In this document: positions 15,323-28,500 of the stretch, piece after piece
Position numbering within the stretch: position 1 is the first letter of the stretch
Layout of the letters: every line of letters starts with the position of its first letter
Origin: the human T2T-CHM13v2.0 reference genome, Homo sapiens
Assembly: GCF_009914755.1 (NCBI RefSeq)
Contig: NC_060928.1
Length of the DNA stretch: 64,000 nucleotides
Direction: 5' to 3' (one strand)
The notes under the pieces: generated by a model
Database searches by the model: none
What the model was told of the DNA's origin: nothing
The model's input: only the letters and a program-made list of their open reading frames with translations
Made by a program: the position numbers and the translations under genes

Positions 15323-15822
15323 GTAAGTAGTATTATTTAGATGCCTAGATTCAGTTTGAATCAGTAAAGTACTTGAATATTTTTAAAGCAATAAAAACGT
15401 GTTCATGGTTTAACATCTTACAGAGCAATTAAAAAATATTAACTACAGGAATGAGTGGTCTATGTATCTGCCAGGTTAGCAAACAATAAATTTAATGTAT
15501 TTATCAACTGTGCTTTTAAAATTAATTCATGGTGACACAACAGGGATATTTGTACTTTGCCTTTTCTAAAAGGATTTAGGATTTGTCACCAATTTGTCTC
15601 AGTCTTCGTTGTTTGTAACGTTTCTATTTCTTCACTTATGGCACACACCTAACCTTGTTTCCATCTTTCTCCCTCGCTGGTTTATTTTTTTTCTGTATCA
15701 TGTGTAGGTCCCCTTTCATGTTCATTCTTGACAACTTTATCCATTCCAAGGCCTTCTGACCCCATTTTCTTTTGCACCTCTTGATCAGTCATTTATTTTA
15801 AAAATGCTGTGCATTGTACTAA

Positions 15823-16090
15823 TTTTTTTTTGGAGACAGAGTCTTGTCTGTTGCCTAGGCTGGCGTGCAGTGGTGCGATCATGGCTCACTGTAGCTTCAA
15901 CCTCCTGAACTAAAGTGATCATCCCACGCAGCTAGGACTACAGGCGTGCATCACCATGCCGGGCTAATTTTGTAGAGATAGGGTCTCATCATGTTGCCTA
16001 GGCTGGTCTTGAACTCCTGGGCTCAAGCAATTCTCCTGTCTCAGCCTCCCAAAGTGCTGGGATTACAGGTGTGAGCCACCACACCTGACC
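15823..16090 (-). mobile_element. AluJ with internal deletions
   Basis: Alu dimer, TSD TGTACTAA. Confidence 0.93.
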
Positions 16091-16557
16091 TGTACTAAGT
16101 TTTAAGGATAGAGTAACCTGTATAGAGTGCTTGCCCTCATAAAAGTTATAGGCTTATGGGGAGATAGCTGGGTGACAGGAGTTAGAGGGTGTCATGGGAG
16201 CATAGCAGAGGGGTCTCCTACTCCAGAGAAGTGGAAGGGTAGATAATTTGACTTCCAGGCTATTCAGAGATAAAGGAGTGAGAGGGAACATGGTAGGTAT
16301 TAGGAGCTGGAAGAAGTGTGTTGTGGCTGGAATGTAGAGACTGTGTGCTTATGCAGGACGTTATAGCCATGCTGTGGAGTTTGGACCTTATTCAGAGGGC
16401 TGTGTGGAACCAGTTAGTTTTATGCTGAGTTGTGAAGTTGCTACATTTACATTTGAAAAATCTCCATTCTGGCTAGTTACGATGAGGAAGTTTTGAATTT
16501 ATAGGGTGAGTAGAAAGGTGGGGTTGGCCTTCTTGGATTGGAACAGCAATAAGAAGT

Positions 16558-17135
16558 TGTGGAACATGTGGGGGAGTAAAAAATAATTTTCTCCCTACTC
16601 TTCCTAGTTCTTAGGATGGACCCTGTATTAAAAGGCACATTAACAAGAGAGAAAAGAACAAGTTTATTAACATGTATACCTCATATATCCATGGGAAATA
16701 ACCAGGGAATGAGTAGTTCTCAAAGAGATGGCTTAGAAATCCAGATTATATAGCATCTTCAGTAAGGAGCAATGAATTTTTAGAGAAGTGACAAGATAAA
16801 GGAAAAGGGCCTTGAGTCTTCATGAGCAACCAGTTGTGGAAAGGCAATATATACTATATAAAGGCTAGTTGGTGAACATTCTCATGCAGTTTCCTCTGGT
16901 GCCTTGTCCATGCCGATAAGGGTCTAAATTTGTCTTCAGTGATCAACTTTTGTCCTTTCTGGTAGAGAGAGGAGGAAGGACACCTTTGTCTTTGTAAACT
17001 TACATCGTGCTTTTAGGCAAATTAGGGAGGGCGGGAAGCTTTTCTTGTATCTGCATCTGTTCAGCTACCTTCAGCTCAAAATAATCCTTATGTCAGAGAG
17101 GGATGTTTTGGGGTGACATATTCTGGTCTCCTACA
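16558..17135. mobile_element. ERV solo LTR (MER4-group-like)
   Basis: TG...CA ends with flanking direct repeat GAAGT (16553-16557, 17136-17140); terminal TTTTGGGGTGACATATTCTGGTCTCCTACA. Family not certain. Confidence 0.7.
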
Positions 17136-18510
17136 GAAGTAATCCAGAGGAAAAATTAGGATGTCATGTACTCAATACCATTGAAGATGGAGATGAAGAA
17201 AATTGAATAGACTCCGAAGGATTTATTTGATAGAATAAAGTCTTAGTGGTAGATCAGAAATAGGTACCAGTCATACACTTCTAGGTATCTCTATCAGGGT
17301 ATCGTACTGTCCTTCAAACTGTACCTGTTCAAACTGCGCTTGCCATTCATTCACTACAAAAGATGGTATTTATGTTGACTTACTTGTTTCAATGACTATG
17401 TTTCTTCCCCTTCTCCCCTTTTTTTTTGCTAGATATTTAAGTAGTCATAGTCCTTGGGTTGTAATCTTGATTCCCCCTCTTACCATTTATGTGACTTAAA
17501 GATATTCAGCCATTAAATGGACAGCTCAGTTCTTCCTTTTAATGTGGAGTTCATTGAAATACATTGAAGCACCTTAGTCCTGCCATTTAGTAAACCATCA
17601 AATGTTACCTGTTATTTTTTATAATTATCACCCTAATCTCCAACAAGCTCCAAGTTCCTTCCCTTTTCTGCACTCTGAGGCAGTGTAGCATCATTGTTAA
17701 AGCATAGGCCCTGCAGTTAGACAGCCTAGGTTTGGGTCCTGGGTTCATCTCATGTTAGTAGCTTTGAATAATAACCTACATCGTTTTTTTCATCTGTAAA
17801 ATAAATTTTGACTATTAAGTACTTGGTATGATGCCTTTAATATGTAAGCATTTGGTGAACATGACTTATTAAAGTTTGATTGTTTTACTATTTTAATGAG
17901 ACTTTCCAGTTTCTATTTTGTTATTCAGTTCCATGTATATTTGTTTCAATACAGATAAACATGAGGAATACTCCATATTAGAAAGAGAGTAATTCTTGAG
18001 ATTACCCATTCAGTTTCATTACAGAATATTTTATTTTTTAAAAATGCTAACTTGGTATTTAACTTTTTCTCAAGGTAATACATGCACATTTTTATAAAAA
18101 AGTGAGAGTCTCTTGCCCACTCTTTCCTGCCCCCAACTCTTCTCTCAGAGACAAGGTTTTTTGTTTTTGTTTTTGTTTTTGTTTTTTTGAATGGAAAGCC
18201 TCTTTAGTAATAACAATTATAAACCACATTGTAAGAAGTAAATAGAAGAAAGTTAGAAGTTTCCTAGTAAAACAAGGTTTTAGAATGCATTTGATAAATA
18301 CAGCTTCTTTGTTGGTGATTTCTGTTTTACCTTTGTTTTTTGATGTGTTTTTAGTTCTTTCAGTGGTCTCTACAGCATTTCTATATATGTTTATCACCTT
18401 ATTTCTTGAGTATATAACTTACATACCATCTGTTATCTTTCAATATGATAGATATGTATTTTGCTCAGTTATCATTACTACCCTTCTGTTTTCTCCCACC
18501 AATAAAATTA

Positions 18511-18577
18511 TATTACTATTTTTGCTCCTCTTCTCATTTATATATGTATTACTATTTTTGCTCCTCTTCTCATTTAT
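18511..18577. repeat. 31-bp direct repeat, 36-bp period
   Basis: TATTACTATTTTTGCTCCTCTTCTCATTTAT at 18511 and 18547. Confidence 0.93.
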
Positions 18578-18870
18578 CTGTTTCATGTACCATTCTACTG
18601 TGGTAAAATGAGAATATTAGTGCGTCTTTCTAAGCCTTCACTGAACTTTTCTTTCTCCACCACCTAGCTTTGCTCAACTATACTTCTTACAATGTTTACA
18701 TTTTGTCCTGTAACAAAAATAATTCGTGGTCTGACAGATTTTTAAATCTAAAAGCTAAACAATAAACAACATTTACATTATTATGAATGTGTAAATATTG
18801 TGCACTGCAGAGATAATTATACACCCAAGCTCCACAAGGGAGAAAGTTACATGACAAATAATTCAAATTA

Positions 18871-19216
18871 CAAGTTGAGTATTCCTTATCAGAAATGCTT
18901 GGGAGGAGATGTGTTTTGGATTTCGGATGTTTGTTTTGGAATATTTGCATATACATAATGAGATATCTTGGGGATGGAAACCTAGTCTAAACATGAAATT
19001 CATTTTTTTCATGTACAGCTTATATCTATAGCCTGAAGTTAATTTTACTCTATTTTAAATATTCTTGTGCATGAAACGAAGTTTTGACTGTATTTTGACT
19101 GATAACCATCACATGAGTTCAGGTGTGGAATTTTCTACTGGTGGCATTGTGTTGGCTCTCAGAAAACTCTGGATTTTGCAGTATTTTGGATTTTCAGATT
19201 AGGAAATCTCAACCTG
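18871..19216. mobile_element. Tigger4/MER46-type DNA transposon
   Basis: TA|CAAGTTGAG ... CTCAACCTG|TA terminal inverted repeats with TA target duplication. Confidence 0.85.
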
Positions 19217-21754
19217 TACCATTGTTTTTCCTTGTATGTCATCAGTTGTGTAAAGTCTTACACATTTTAGTGGGGTTCATATTTGGAACATGCCTTTCTC
19301 CACCTCAAGTACATAAAGATATTCTTTAATACTTTTTTCCTCCCAGAAAAAGTTTTCAAGTTTTGCTCTTCACATTTAAGTCATTTGGCCATCTGAAATT
19401 AATTTTTTAGGTATAAAGATCTAGTAGTTCCCAAATCATTTATTGAATAGTCTGTCGTTCCTGAGGGATGTACGATTGTCGTCTCTGTCATCTATTACAT
19501 ATCTATGTGTATGAATCTGGTTTTGGGCTTTCTAGATATTCAGTTGGTTAGCTGTCCCTGTGCTAATAAATTCCATAATATCTTTAATTATGAGTTTTAT
19601 AGTAAATCTGATATCTAGTGCATCAAAATCAATTGTTGCTTTTACATATGTATTTTAGACTGAACTTAGCAAGTTCCATGAAAAACTTGAGATTTTGATT
19701 AATAACATTTGTATAGTACTTACTACATAATGCTCTTTGAAGCAATTTATGTTAATTTATGTAATCCTGACAGTTTTAAAGTAGGTGTATTGTTACTATC
19801 TCCATTTTATAGATGAGGAAATCAAAATATTAATTTCCACATGTCACACAGTAAGTGGCAGAGTCAGGATTTGAACCTATGTTGCCTGGCTTCAGAGTCC
19901 TTGCTTTTATTTACTATACCATATTGCAATTGCACTGATGCTCTAGATCAGTCTGTGTGGAATTCATACCTTTACAGCATTGAGTTTATCAGTGATCAAG
20001 GACTTTCTCTCCATTTGCAGAGGTGTTGTTTTCAATAAACTGCTATAGTTATCTCCATACACTTCTTGAATGTCTTTGGTTGGATTTAGTCCTTAGGTAC
20101 CTAATGTTTTTGTTGCTGTTATAAGTGTTATATACATTTGAACAGTGTGTTCTGTTTATATTTGCTTGTATTCAGAAATAGTTGTTTGGTTGGTTATTTT
20201 TATAGCCATTTACCTTTCTGAACTCTCACTATAATTTGTAAAGTCTATTTGGGAAATACTCTTGCAGATAATGACAGTTTTGCTCCTTTTTTTTTCAGAT
20301 CCTTGTTTGTCCCTTTTTTTGTTTTGTTTATTTGTTCTGGCAAGAACCTCCATTATAATATTATATAACAGCAAATTAAATTATAACAACATTATAATGT
20401 CGAAGTACTCAAAGTGGAGTTCTTGTATGATTCCTTTTTTCTTTATAAAGGAAATGCTTCTAGATTTTTACTGTTAGGTTTTTGATAGAACCATCAGGTT
20501 AAGGAAATTCTGTTCCTCTCCTGATTTTCCAAGGGCTTATAAAACTATGAATAGGTACTGGGTTGTATCAAATGCTTTCTGAGATGATCATAATTGTTTT
20601 TCTTCTCTAATCTGTTAATGTGACAAATTACATTGCTACATTCTTCTAATATTAAGCTACTGTTGATTTGCTGAAATAAACCTAACTTGCCCATGATTGA
20701 TTATCTTTTTTCTAGATAAACACTGATAATGTGTTTCTAATTATTTAGGATTTTGACATCTAAGTTTATATGTATAATAAAATTGGCTTAGGATTTCCCT
20801 TTATTTATACTGCCCTTACCTGATTTTGACACCAAGATTATACCAGCCAGGTGGGATAAGTCAGGGAATAATCTTTTTTTTTCCCTATTTGCTGGGAGTT
20901 TGTGTAATATTGGAATGATCTGTACCTTCACTCACCTGTAAAAGGCATGTGGCCTTGTAGGAAGATTTTAAATTACTGATTTAATGTCTTTAATAGTTAT
21001 TAGACTCTTCAAGATTTCTTTTTTGTTTTGAGTTTGGTAAGTTTTTGTTTTTGTTTTTAGTAGTTAATCCATTTCGGCTAAGTTTTTAAGTGTGTTGGTA
21101 TAAAGTGCAGCATATTCTCTTTATTGTTTAATCTGTGTTGTCTGTAGTTGTGATCCCTTTTTGCTTCTGATGCTGTTTATGTGTTCTCTTTTTTCTTAAT
21201 CTTGTCATAAAATTGTCGTGTTTTATTTGTTGTCTTCAAAAACCAACTTTCAGTTTTTTTCCATTATATGGTAGTTTTCTATGTACTTGATTTCCATTCT
21301 TTGTTATCCCTTTTTTTGTTGGATTATTCTGTTTTTCTGTGTTCTTATATTGGAGACTTAGCTCATTAATTTTTATTCTTTTCTAATGTAGTATTTTAAG
21401 ACTAAATTTTCTTCTGGAACAACTTGTATCCCTAAACTTTCGATAAATCTTATGTTTGTCTATGTTTAGTTCCTAATGATTTAAATTTATGATGTTTTTG
21501 ACCCATGAATTATCAGAAATGTGTTTTTAATTTGAAATGGTTAGGGATTATTTTCTCATAACTTTTAAATTTGACTTCTAACTTAAATTGCGTGGTGGTC
21601 AGAGAACAAATCTGTTACTCTCATCCTTTGAAAGTATATGTACATTTTCATAAATGTTTCATATGTGCTTGAGAAGAATAATATCCTTTGTTATGGGCAG
21701 TATCCTATGTGATGTCCATTACATCAACCATGCTAAGAACATGTAGCTCAAGTC

Positions 21755-21900
21755 TTTATTTGCATGGTGGCCTGCGCCTGTAATCCTAGCTATTTGGGAG
21801 GCTGAGGTGGGAAGATCACTTGAGCCTGAGAGTTCAAGGCTGCAGTGAGCACTGTTCTGTAGCCTGGGTGACAGCAAGACCTCATCTCTTAAAACAAAAA
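21755..21900 (+). mobile_element. Alu monomer (FLAM/FRAM-like)
   Basis: CCTGTAATCCTAGCTATTTGGGAGGCTGAGG...GACCTCATCTCT with A-rich tail. Confidence 0.85.
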
Positions 21901-22153
21901 GAAACCACTTCTGTATTTGTACTGATTTTTTCATCTGCTTAATCCACCAGTAATTGAGAGAAATATGTTAATCTCCCATGATCATGGTGAATTTCCTGTT
22001 CCTACCTGTATTTCTATTAGTTTTTACTTTCTAAAACTTAAGGTGATGTTGTTAGCTACCTGGAAGTTTAAATCTGTTCTGTTTCCTTGGTAAATTACAT
22101 CATCCATCTTCATGTGATCATCCTTTCTTTCCTAAGTAATGCTTTCTGTTTGA

Positions 22154-22588
<435 letters not shown>

Positions 22589-23103
22589 TAGTTAGGTTTT
22601 TAAAAAATACAAATCAACAATCTTTGTTTTGTAACTGATGAGTCAGTCCCTTTTTATTACTGAGAATATTTAGCTATTTGAACTTAACTGTCCACCTACA
22701 TCTTCGTCAAGTCGTCTTGAATTGACTGAGTTTCTTTCTCACTGATTTTCAAAAAATCCTGTTTTCTTCATTGTTTTGAAACTATACATTTTCTTTTTTT
22801 TTTTTTTAGTGGTTACTCTTGAAATTTATTATTCATACTTAACAATGTGTAGTTACATATAATTTGAACATCTTTCTCCATCAATACAGAGACTTTAGAA
22901 TAATCTTTCTCTTCTAACTTATATCCTATTGTGGTTCATTATTTTAGTTTTCTTCTTTTTTAAAAAAAACTCTGCTATTGAATAGCGTATATTGTTTATT
23001 TGGATTTGCATATATGATTACCATTTATTTGTTCAACCATTACTTCTTTTCATGTTAGATCCTCTAGGATAATTTTTCTTTTTCTCTATCTGATAGACAT
23101 TCC

Positions 23104-23398
23104 TTTTTTTTTTTTTTTTGAGATAGAGCCTCACTGTGTTGCCCAGTCCGGAGTATAGTGGTGCAATCTCGGCTCACTGCAAGCTCCGCCTCCCAGGTTC
23201 ATGCCATTCTCCTGCCTCAGCCTCCCGAGTAGCTGCGATTACAGGCACCTGCCACCGCACCCTGCTAATTTTTGTATTTTTAGTAGAGACAGGGTTTCAC
23301 CATCTTGGCCAGGCTGGTCTTGAACTCCTGATCTCATGATCCACCCACCTCGGCCTCCCAAAGTGTTGGGATTACAGGCATGAGCCACTGCACCTGGC
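23104..23398 (-). mobile_element. AluS/Y
   Basis: Full dimer, TSD TGATAGACATTC. Confidence 0.96.
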
Positions 23399-23537
23399 AT
23401 GATAGACATTCTTTTGGTAAAGTCTGTTGGTTGTAAGTTTTGCTTATTTTTTTGTTGATGTTTACAAAGGCTGTTTGAATCTTGAAATAAAATATTGTTG
23501 AGTACACTTTTCTAGGTTGAAATTTTTTTCTCAACAC

Positions 23538-23936
<399 letters not shown>

Positions 23937-24137
23937 TAATGAAGGGTCTTTATATGTTAGGTTTTTAAGATTTGTTTCTGGATCTTCCCGATACTGTGGG
24001 TATTCATTCACCATGTGATATTTCTCTTTTCTATTTATAAAATGAATTTCTATTATAATCTAATGACACATTTTTGGTGGGCATTTTGTTTTTTTAAAGT
24101 ACCATAACGTTTGTTTTTAATCGTGTTTTTTCTTTAG

Positions 24138-24351
24138 TTGCCTTTCCCCATCTTCCTGGTTCTGCTCCTTCGTGGCCTAGTCTTGTGGACACCAGCAAGC
24201 AGTGGGACTATTATGCCAGAAGAGAGAAAGACCGAGATAGAGAGAGAGACAGAGACAGAGAGCGAGACCGTGATCGGGACAGAGAAAGAGAACGCACCAG
24301 AGAGAGAGAGAGGGAGCGTGATCACAGTCCTACACCAAGTGTTTTCAACAG
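24138..24351 (+). CDS. FIP1L1: FIP1L1 coding exon (214 nt) encoding the Arg/Asp/Glu (RD/RE) dipeptide repeat domain
   Basis: tttctttag|TTGCCTTT ... TTCAACAG|gtttgt; encodes [39 protein letters not shown]...HSPTPSVFN (frame of ORF 24185..24427). Confidence 0.97.
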
Positions 24352-24705
24352 GTTTGTTGGGTGTGCAGGAGTTTATACTATGTATTTTATAAGCACTTAC
24401 AAATTTATTTTCGTTATGAGGAAGTGAATTTCAGTTCACTTGGAAAAGAGATGCTCAGGGAGTACATAGGAAAGCCATCTTAAAATGATAAAGGATTAGA
24501 GGCTTCCCATTACCTTGAACAGTAGTCCTTAAATTTGTTTGTTTACTTATCTCTTAAAAGAATTTTCTACCCCTTCATTTATTTTTATCTTGCCATCTAA
24601 GTTTTTCATCTTAAGCTTAAATTAGTTGACCATATAGATATTTCCAGTGTATTATAAATATTAATATTTAAAAAGAAAATTATCACCACTTCTATTATTA
24701 TTCTA

Positions 24706-25032
24706 TTTTTAGAGACGGTCTTGCTTTGTCATCCAGGCTGGCTGGAGTTCAGTGGCATGATCATAGCTCACTGCACTCTTACATTGGAAGAAGATGCCAT
24801 CTAAGACTTTCAGAGCTAGAGAAGAGAACTCAGTGCCTGGCTTCAGAGTTTGAAAGGACAGGCTGACTCTCTTGTTTCCCAATGCATTGTTCCCTAACGT
24901 AGGAAGTCCTGGGCTCAAGTGATCCTCCTGGCCTAGCCTCTCAAGTAGCTAAGACTACAGTCATGCATCACCATGCTTGGCTGATTTTTAAAATTTTTTG
25001 TAGAGTCAGGATCTTGCTGTGTTGCCCAGGCT
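24706..25032 (-). mobile_element. Truncated AluJ interrupted by a ~125-bp Tigger1 fragment (24778-24902)
   Basis: Alu sequence ...ATAGCTCACTGCA breaks at 24775 and resumes at TCCTGGGCTCAAG (24907). Confidence 0.88.
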
Positions 25033-25379
25033 CACTCTCTTAAAATATATCCAGTGGATTAAAAACACTATAGTGATTTTCCAAAATTATCCATTTTTTA
25101 AAGAAAATGTACAAATAGTCTCTCTTTAAGAATTGGAAATTTTACATTTCTTTTTGTATTCAAATTTTTACTTCTGTACCACTTCCCTCAAAGAATTTTG
25201 TTCTAATGTAAAAGTTTCATAATCTTAAAACTTTTTAAGTGGGTTTTCCTATTAGTCTTTCCTGCAACACACTTATGTGTTAAGTTTTAATGTTTAAGGA
25301 AATTTTTCTTGTATGTGTTTTAAAAAATTTTCATCCTGATTTTAGTTATTTATATTCTGTCAGTGCAAACCACATGTAC

Positions 25380-25658
25380 AACAGTGGTCTCATAAGATTA
25401 CAATACTGTTTTTACTGTATCTTTTGTTTAGATACACAAACACCATTGTGTTAAAATTTTCTACAGAATTCAGTGCAGTAATATGCTGTACAGATTTGAA
25501 GCCCAGGAGCAATAGGCTATAACATATCACCTAGTGTATAATAGGCTGTACCATCAAAGTTTGTGTAAGTACACTCTGTGGTGTTTGCACAACAATGAAA
25601 TCACCTAATAATGCATTTCTCAGAACATATCCCTGTCATTAACTGACACTTGACTGTA
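25380..25658. mobile_element. Tigger3/MER7-type DNA transposon fragment
   Basis: AGGAGCAATAGGCTATA...TTTGTGTAAGTACACTCT...GCATTTCTCAGAAC...TGACTGTA. Confidence 0.8.
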
Positions 25659-25789
25659 TACATATACCGCAAATTTTGAAAATAATGTAATGGAATTGAA
25701 TCCTTTAATGAGAAGGAGGAGCTTTCCACCATCCCCAGTGAGTATTACTATTGTTAGGAAAAAACAGAGTTTGTTCAGAATGCTTAAAA

Positions 25790-26860
25790 TATTCAGTAAA
25801 CCATCCTGTAAACAGATGTGCTGCCATTCAGGCTTTGGTGTTCCATTGATAGAGCACAGGCAGAGTCGATTTACCATAATTCTAAGTCGATTTACCATAA
25901 TTCTAAGGACTCCAGGATTTTCAGGGTGGTAAATGGGCACCAACTTCAACTTAAAAACACCAGCTACATTAAGGAACAATGCATTAGGAAACAAGAGAGT
26001 GAGCCTGTCCTTTGAAACTTTGAAGCCAGGCATTGCCTTCTCCTCTCTAGCTATGAAAGTCTTGATGGCATCTTCTTCCAGTATAAGGCTATTTGGTCTA
26101 CATTAAAAATGTGTTGCTTAGTGGAGCTACCTTCATCAGTGATTTTAGCTAGATCTTCTGGATAGCTTGGTGTAGCTTCTACATCAGCAGTTACTGCTTC
26201 ACCTTGTACTTTTATGTTATATAGATAGTGTCTTTCCTTAATCCTTACAAACCAACTAACCTCTGCTAGCTTCCATTTCTTCTGCAGCTCCCTCACCTAT
26301 CTCTGTCTTCATAAAATTGAAAAGAATTGGGCTTTGCTCTGGATTAGGCTTTGGTTTAAGGGAATGTTGTGTGGCTGGTTTGTTCTTCTATCCAGACACT
26401 AAAACTTTCTCCATATCAGCAATAATGCTGTTTTCATTTTCTTAACCATTCATGTGTTCACTGGAGTAGCACTTTTAATTTTCTTCAATAGCTTTTTCTT
26501 TGGCTTGACAACTTGTCTGTTTGGCACATGAGGGCTAGACTTCAGCCTATCATTACTTTTGACATGCCTTCCTCTTCAAGCTTCCTCATTTTTTAAAAGC
26601 TTAATCATTTTTAGCTTTTGATTTAAAATGAGAGATGTGCAATTCTTCCTTTCACTTGAAGGCGTAGAGGCCATTGTAGGGTTATTAATTGGCCTCATTT
26701 CAACATTATTGTTTCTCAGGGAATAGGGAGACCCAAGGAGAGGAAAGAGATGACCTGAACAGTGGATCGGTCAAGAACATGTACATTTATTAAGTTTGTT
26801 GACTTACCTGGATGCGGCTTATGGTACCCCTAAACAGTTACACTAGTGCCTCAAACTAGA
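25790..26860 (-). mobile_element. Tigger1 internal fragment (pogo-like transposase remnant)
   Basis: Minus-strand ORFs with [29 protein letters not shown] and MPGFKVSKDRLTLL, Tigger1 transposase motifs. Confidence 0.9.
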
Positions 26861-27200
26861 TCCTGTTCAGAGATATTATAACAAATTACTGAGTTTATTT
26901 TGGTGCAAAAAAAATTGATATCGATGCATAATTTTTTCATAGTATGCATTTTCCGTGAACTTTTTGAAGACCTCTCATATTGTCAAGCTGTCTAGGACTG
27001 GTCGGTAGCTTAAAACTTTACCAAAAAAAAATGCACAAGAAGGAACTGATGAGGATTTACTCATCTTTTTTCCGTCCTTTGGCTCCTGCTAATATGACTT
27101 ATACATTGTAGGCACTTAATAAAATTTTATTGACCAAGTAAGTAAACACTATGACACATGCGTGTGTGTGCATGAGTATATGATTTGTGTTTGCTTGGTG

Positions 27201-27256
27201 GGAAATGTGCTGTTGACTTTAGCCAATTGGAAATGTGCTGTTGACTTTAGCCAATT
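27201..27256. repeat. Perfect 28-bp tandem duplication
   Basis: GGAAATGTGCTGTTGACTTTAGCCAATT x2. Confidence 0.95.
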
Positions 27257-28309
27257 AAGTGCATGATTCTTCTAAGTTCAAGGGCATTACTTTCCAGAAA
27301 GTCAAATTGTTTCTAATGTGGAAATGAATATATGTGAGATAGCATTGCTGTCTCTAGAATGTACATGTTTATAAGTAAGGAACTTAATGCAAAACTTGAT
27401 AGGAAATAAGAGTAAAATAAATTGCTTTGCCAAGCAGGACTCATAAATTTTCTTTGCATAAATAACACATTGTTTATAGAAGATTTGGCTAAATCCTCTA
27501 ATTCTTCTGCTTCAAATACATGCACAGATATTACTGAGTTTTTATTGAAACTTAAAAAGTGTTAATGTTTAAACCACATTTGATATTCAGGTTGCTGAAC
27601 TGTAGGGCATTAGGAGTCAATGTTTACCTAAATTTGACTAAAATGTTTAAGGCCACAGAGGCAAAAAGTGGAGGAATTTTGAGTTGTTCTGAATTATCCC
27701 AGGAAAAAATTACACTCTGGAAAATCCAAGTGAAGTATAAGTAAAGGTTTCTGAAGGCTGGTATTTTAGCAGTATGGCATGTAGTATATGTTGCTTTACA
27801 AATTACAGGGCCATTGTTTTGAAAATTACAGGCCAGTTTCAACTTCTGTTTTTTAGGGAGCTTAATTATGGGCCAGAAAGAAGGCTGGTCATTCTAGGAT
27901 GTTTGAAATGAACTCTAATAATTTCCAGGTCCAGAGAAACCTTTGTGGTTCAGCCACTTATCAGAAAAGGGGATGGAAGGAGGAGGGTCTTTATATTTTG
28001 TGTGTAGGACCCAATCTTCTACCATCTGTTATAAGGTTCCCATCACAGGGCTGCTTTCAGAATCTAAAGGCTCCAGGTTCAACAAGAGCTGGTTTTAGGG
28101 TAAGAGGAAAAAGAGTTAACAAATGACACATTATGAGATAATTGACTTTAACTATTTTTATGTAAATCTAGTTGGAGTCATTGAAAAGCCTCATTTTTTG
28201 AGAGAAGTTAACTATATTTATTTCCTATGGTGCTAGTTTATTCTACTTGAAGACATGATACTAAAAAGTTCTGCTTCTGAAAAAATTAAGCATTAAATTC
28301 ACCAAGGAC

Positions 28310-28500
28310 TGTCATTTATTGAGTGCCTACTCTCATACCAAGCACTTTATAAATGTTGTCAGTTCTGTAAGAAGTCTTGAAAAAGACTGTTGGCAATTTT
28401 ACAGGTGAGAAAACCGAGGTTTAGAGAGGTAATAGGTAATAGCCTCGGTCACTCATTTAGTAAGTGGCAAAATCAGGATGTGATCCTGTGTGTACTCCAC
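28310..28500. mobile_element. MIR fragment
   Basis: CATTTATTGAGTGCCTAC...ATTTTACAGGTGAGAAAACCGAGG core. Confidence 0.7.

Noticed and set aside
24134-24392. Alternative-frame and antisense ORFs over the RD/RE exon (ETETES..., SLSVSVSL...)
   Set aside because: Stop-free frames are a by-product of the low-complexity GA-rich repeat.
25620-26296. Transposase-like ORFs as a domesticated TIGD-type gene
   Set aside because: Frameshifted, truncated Tigger1 fragment with an internal duplication.
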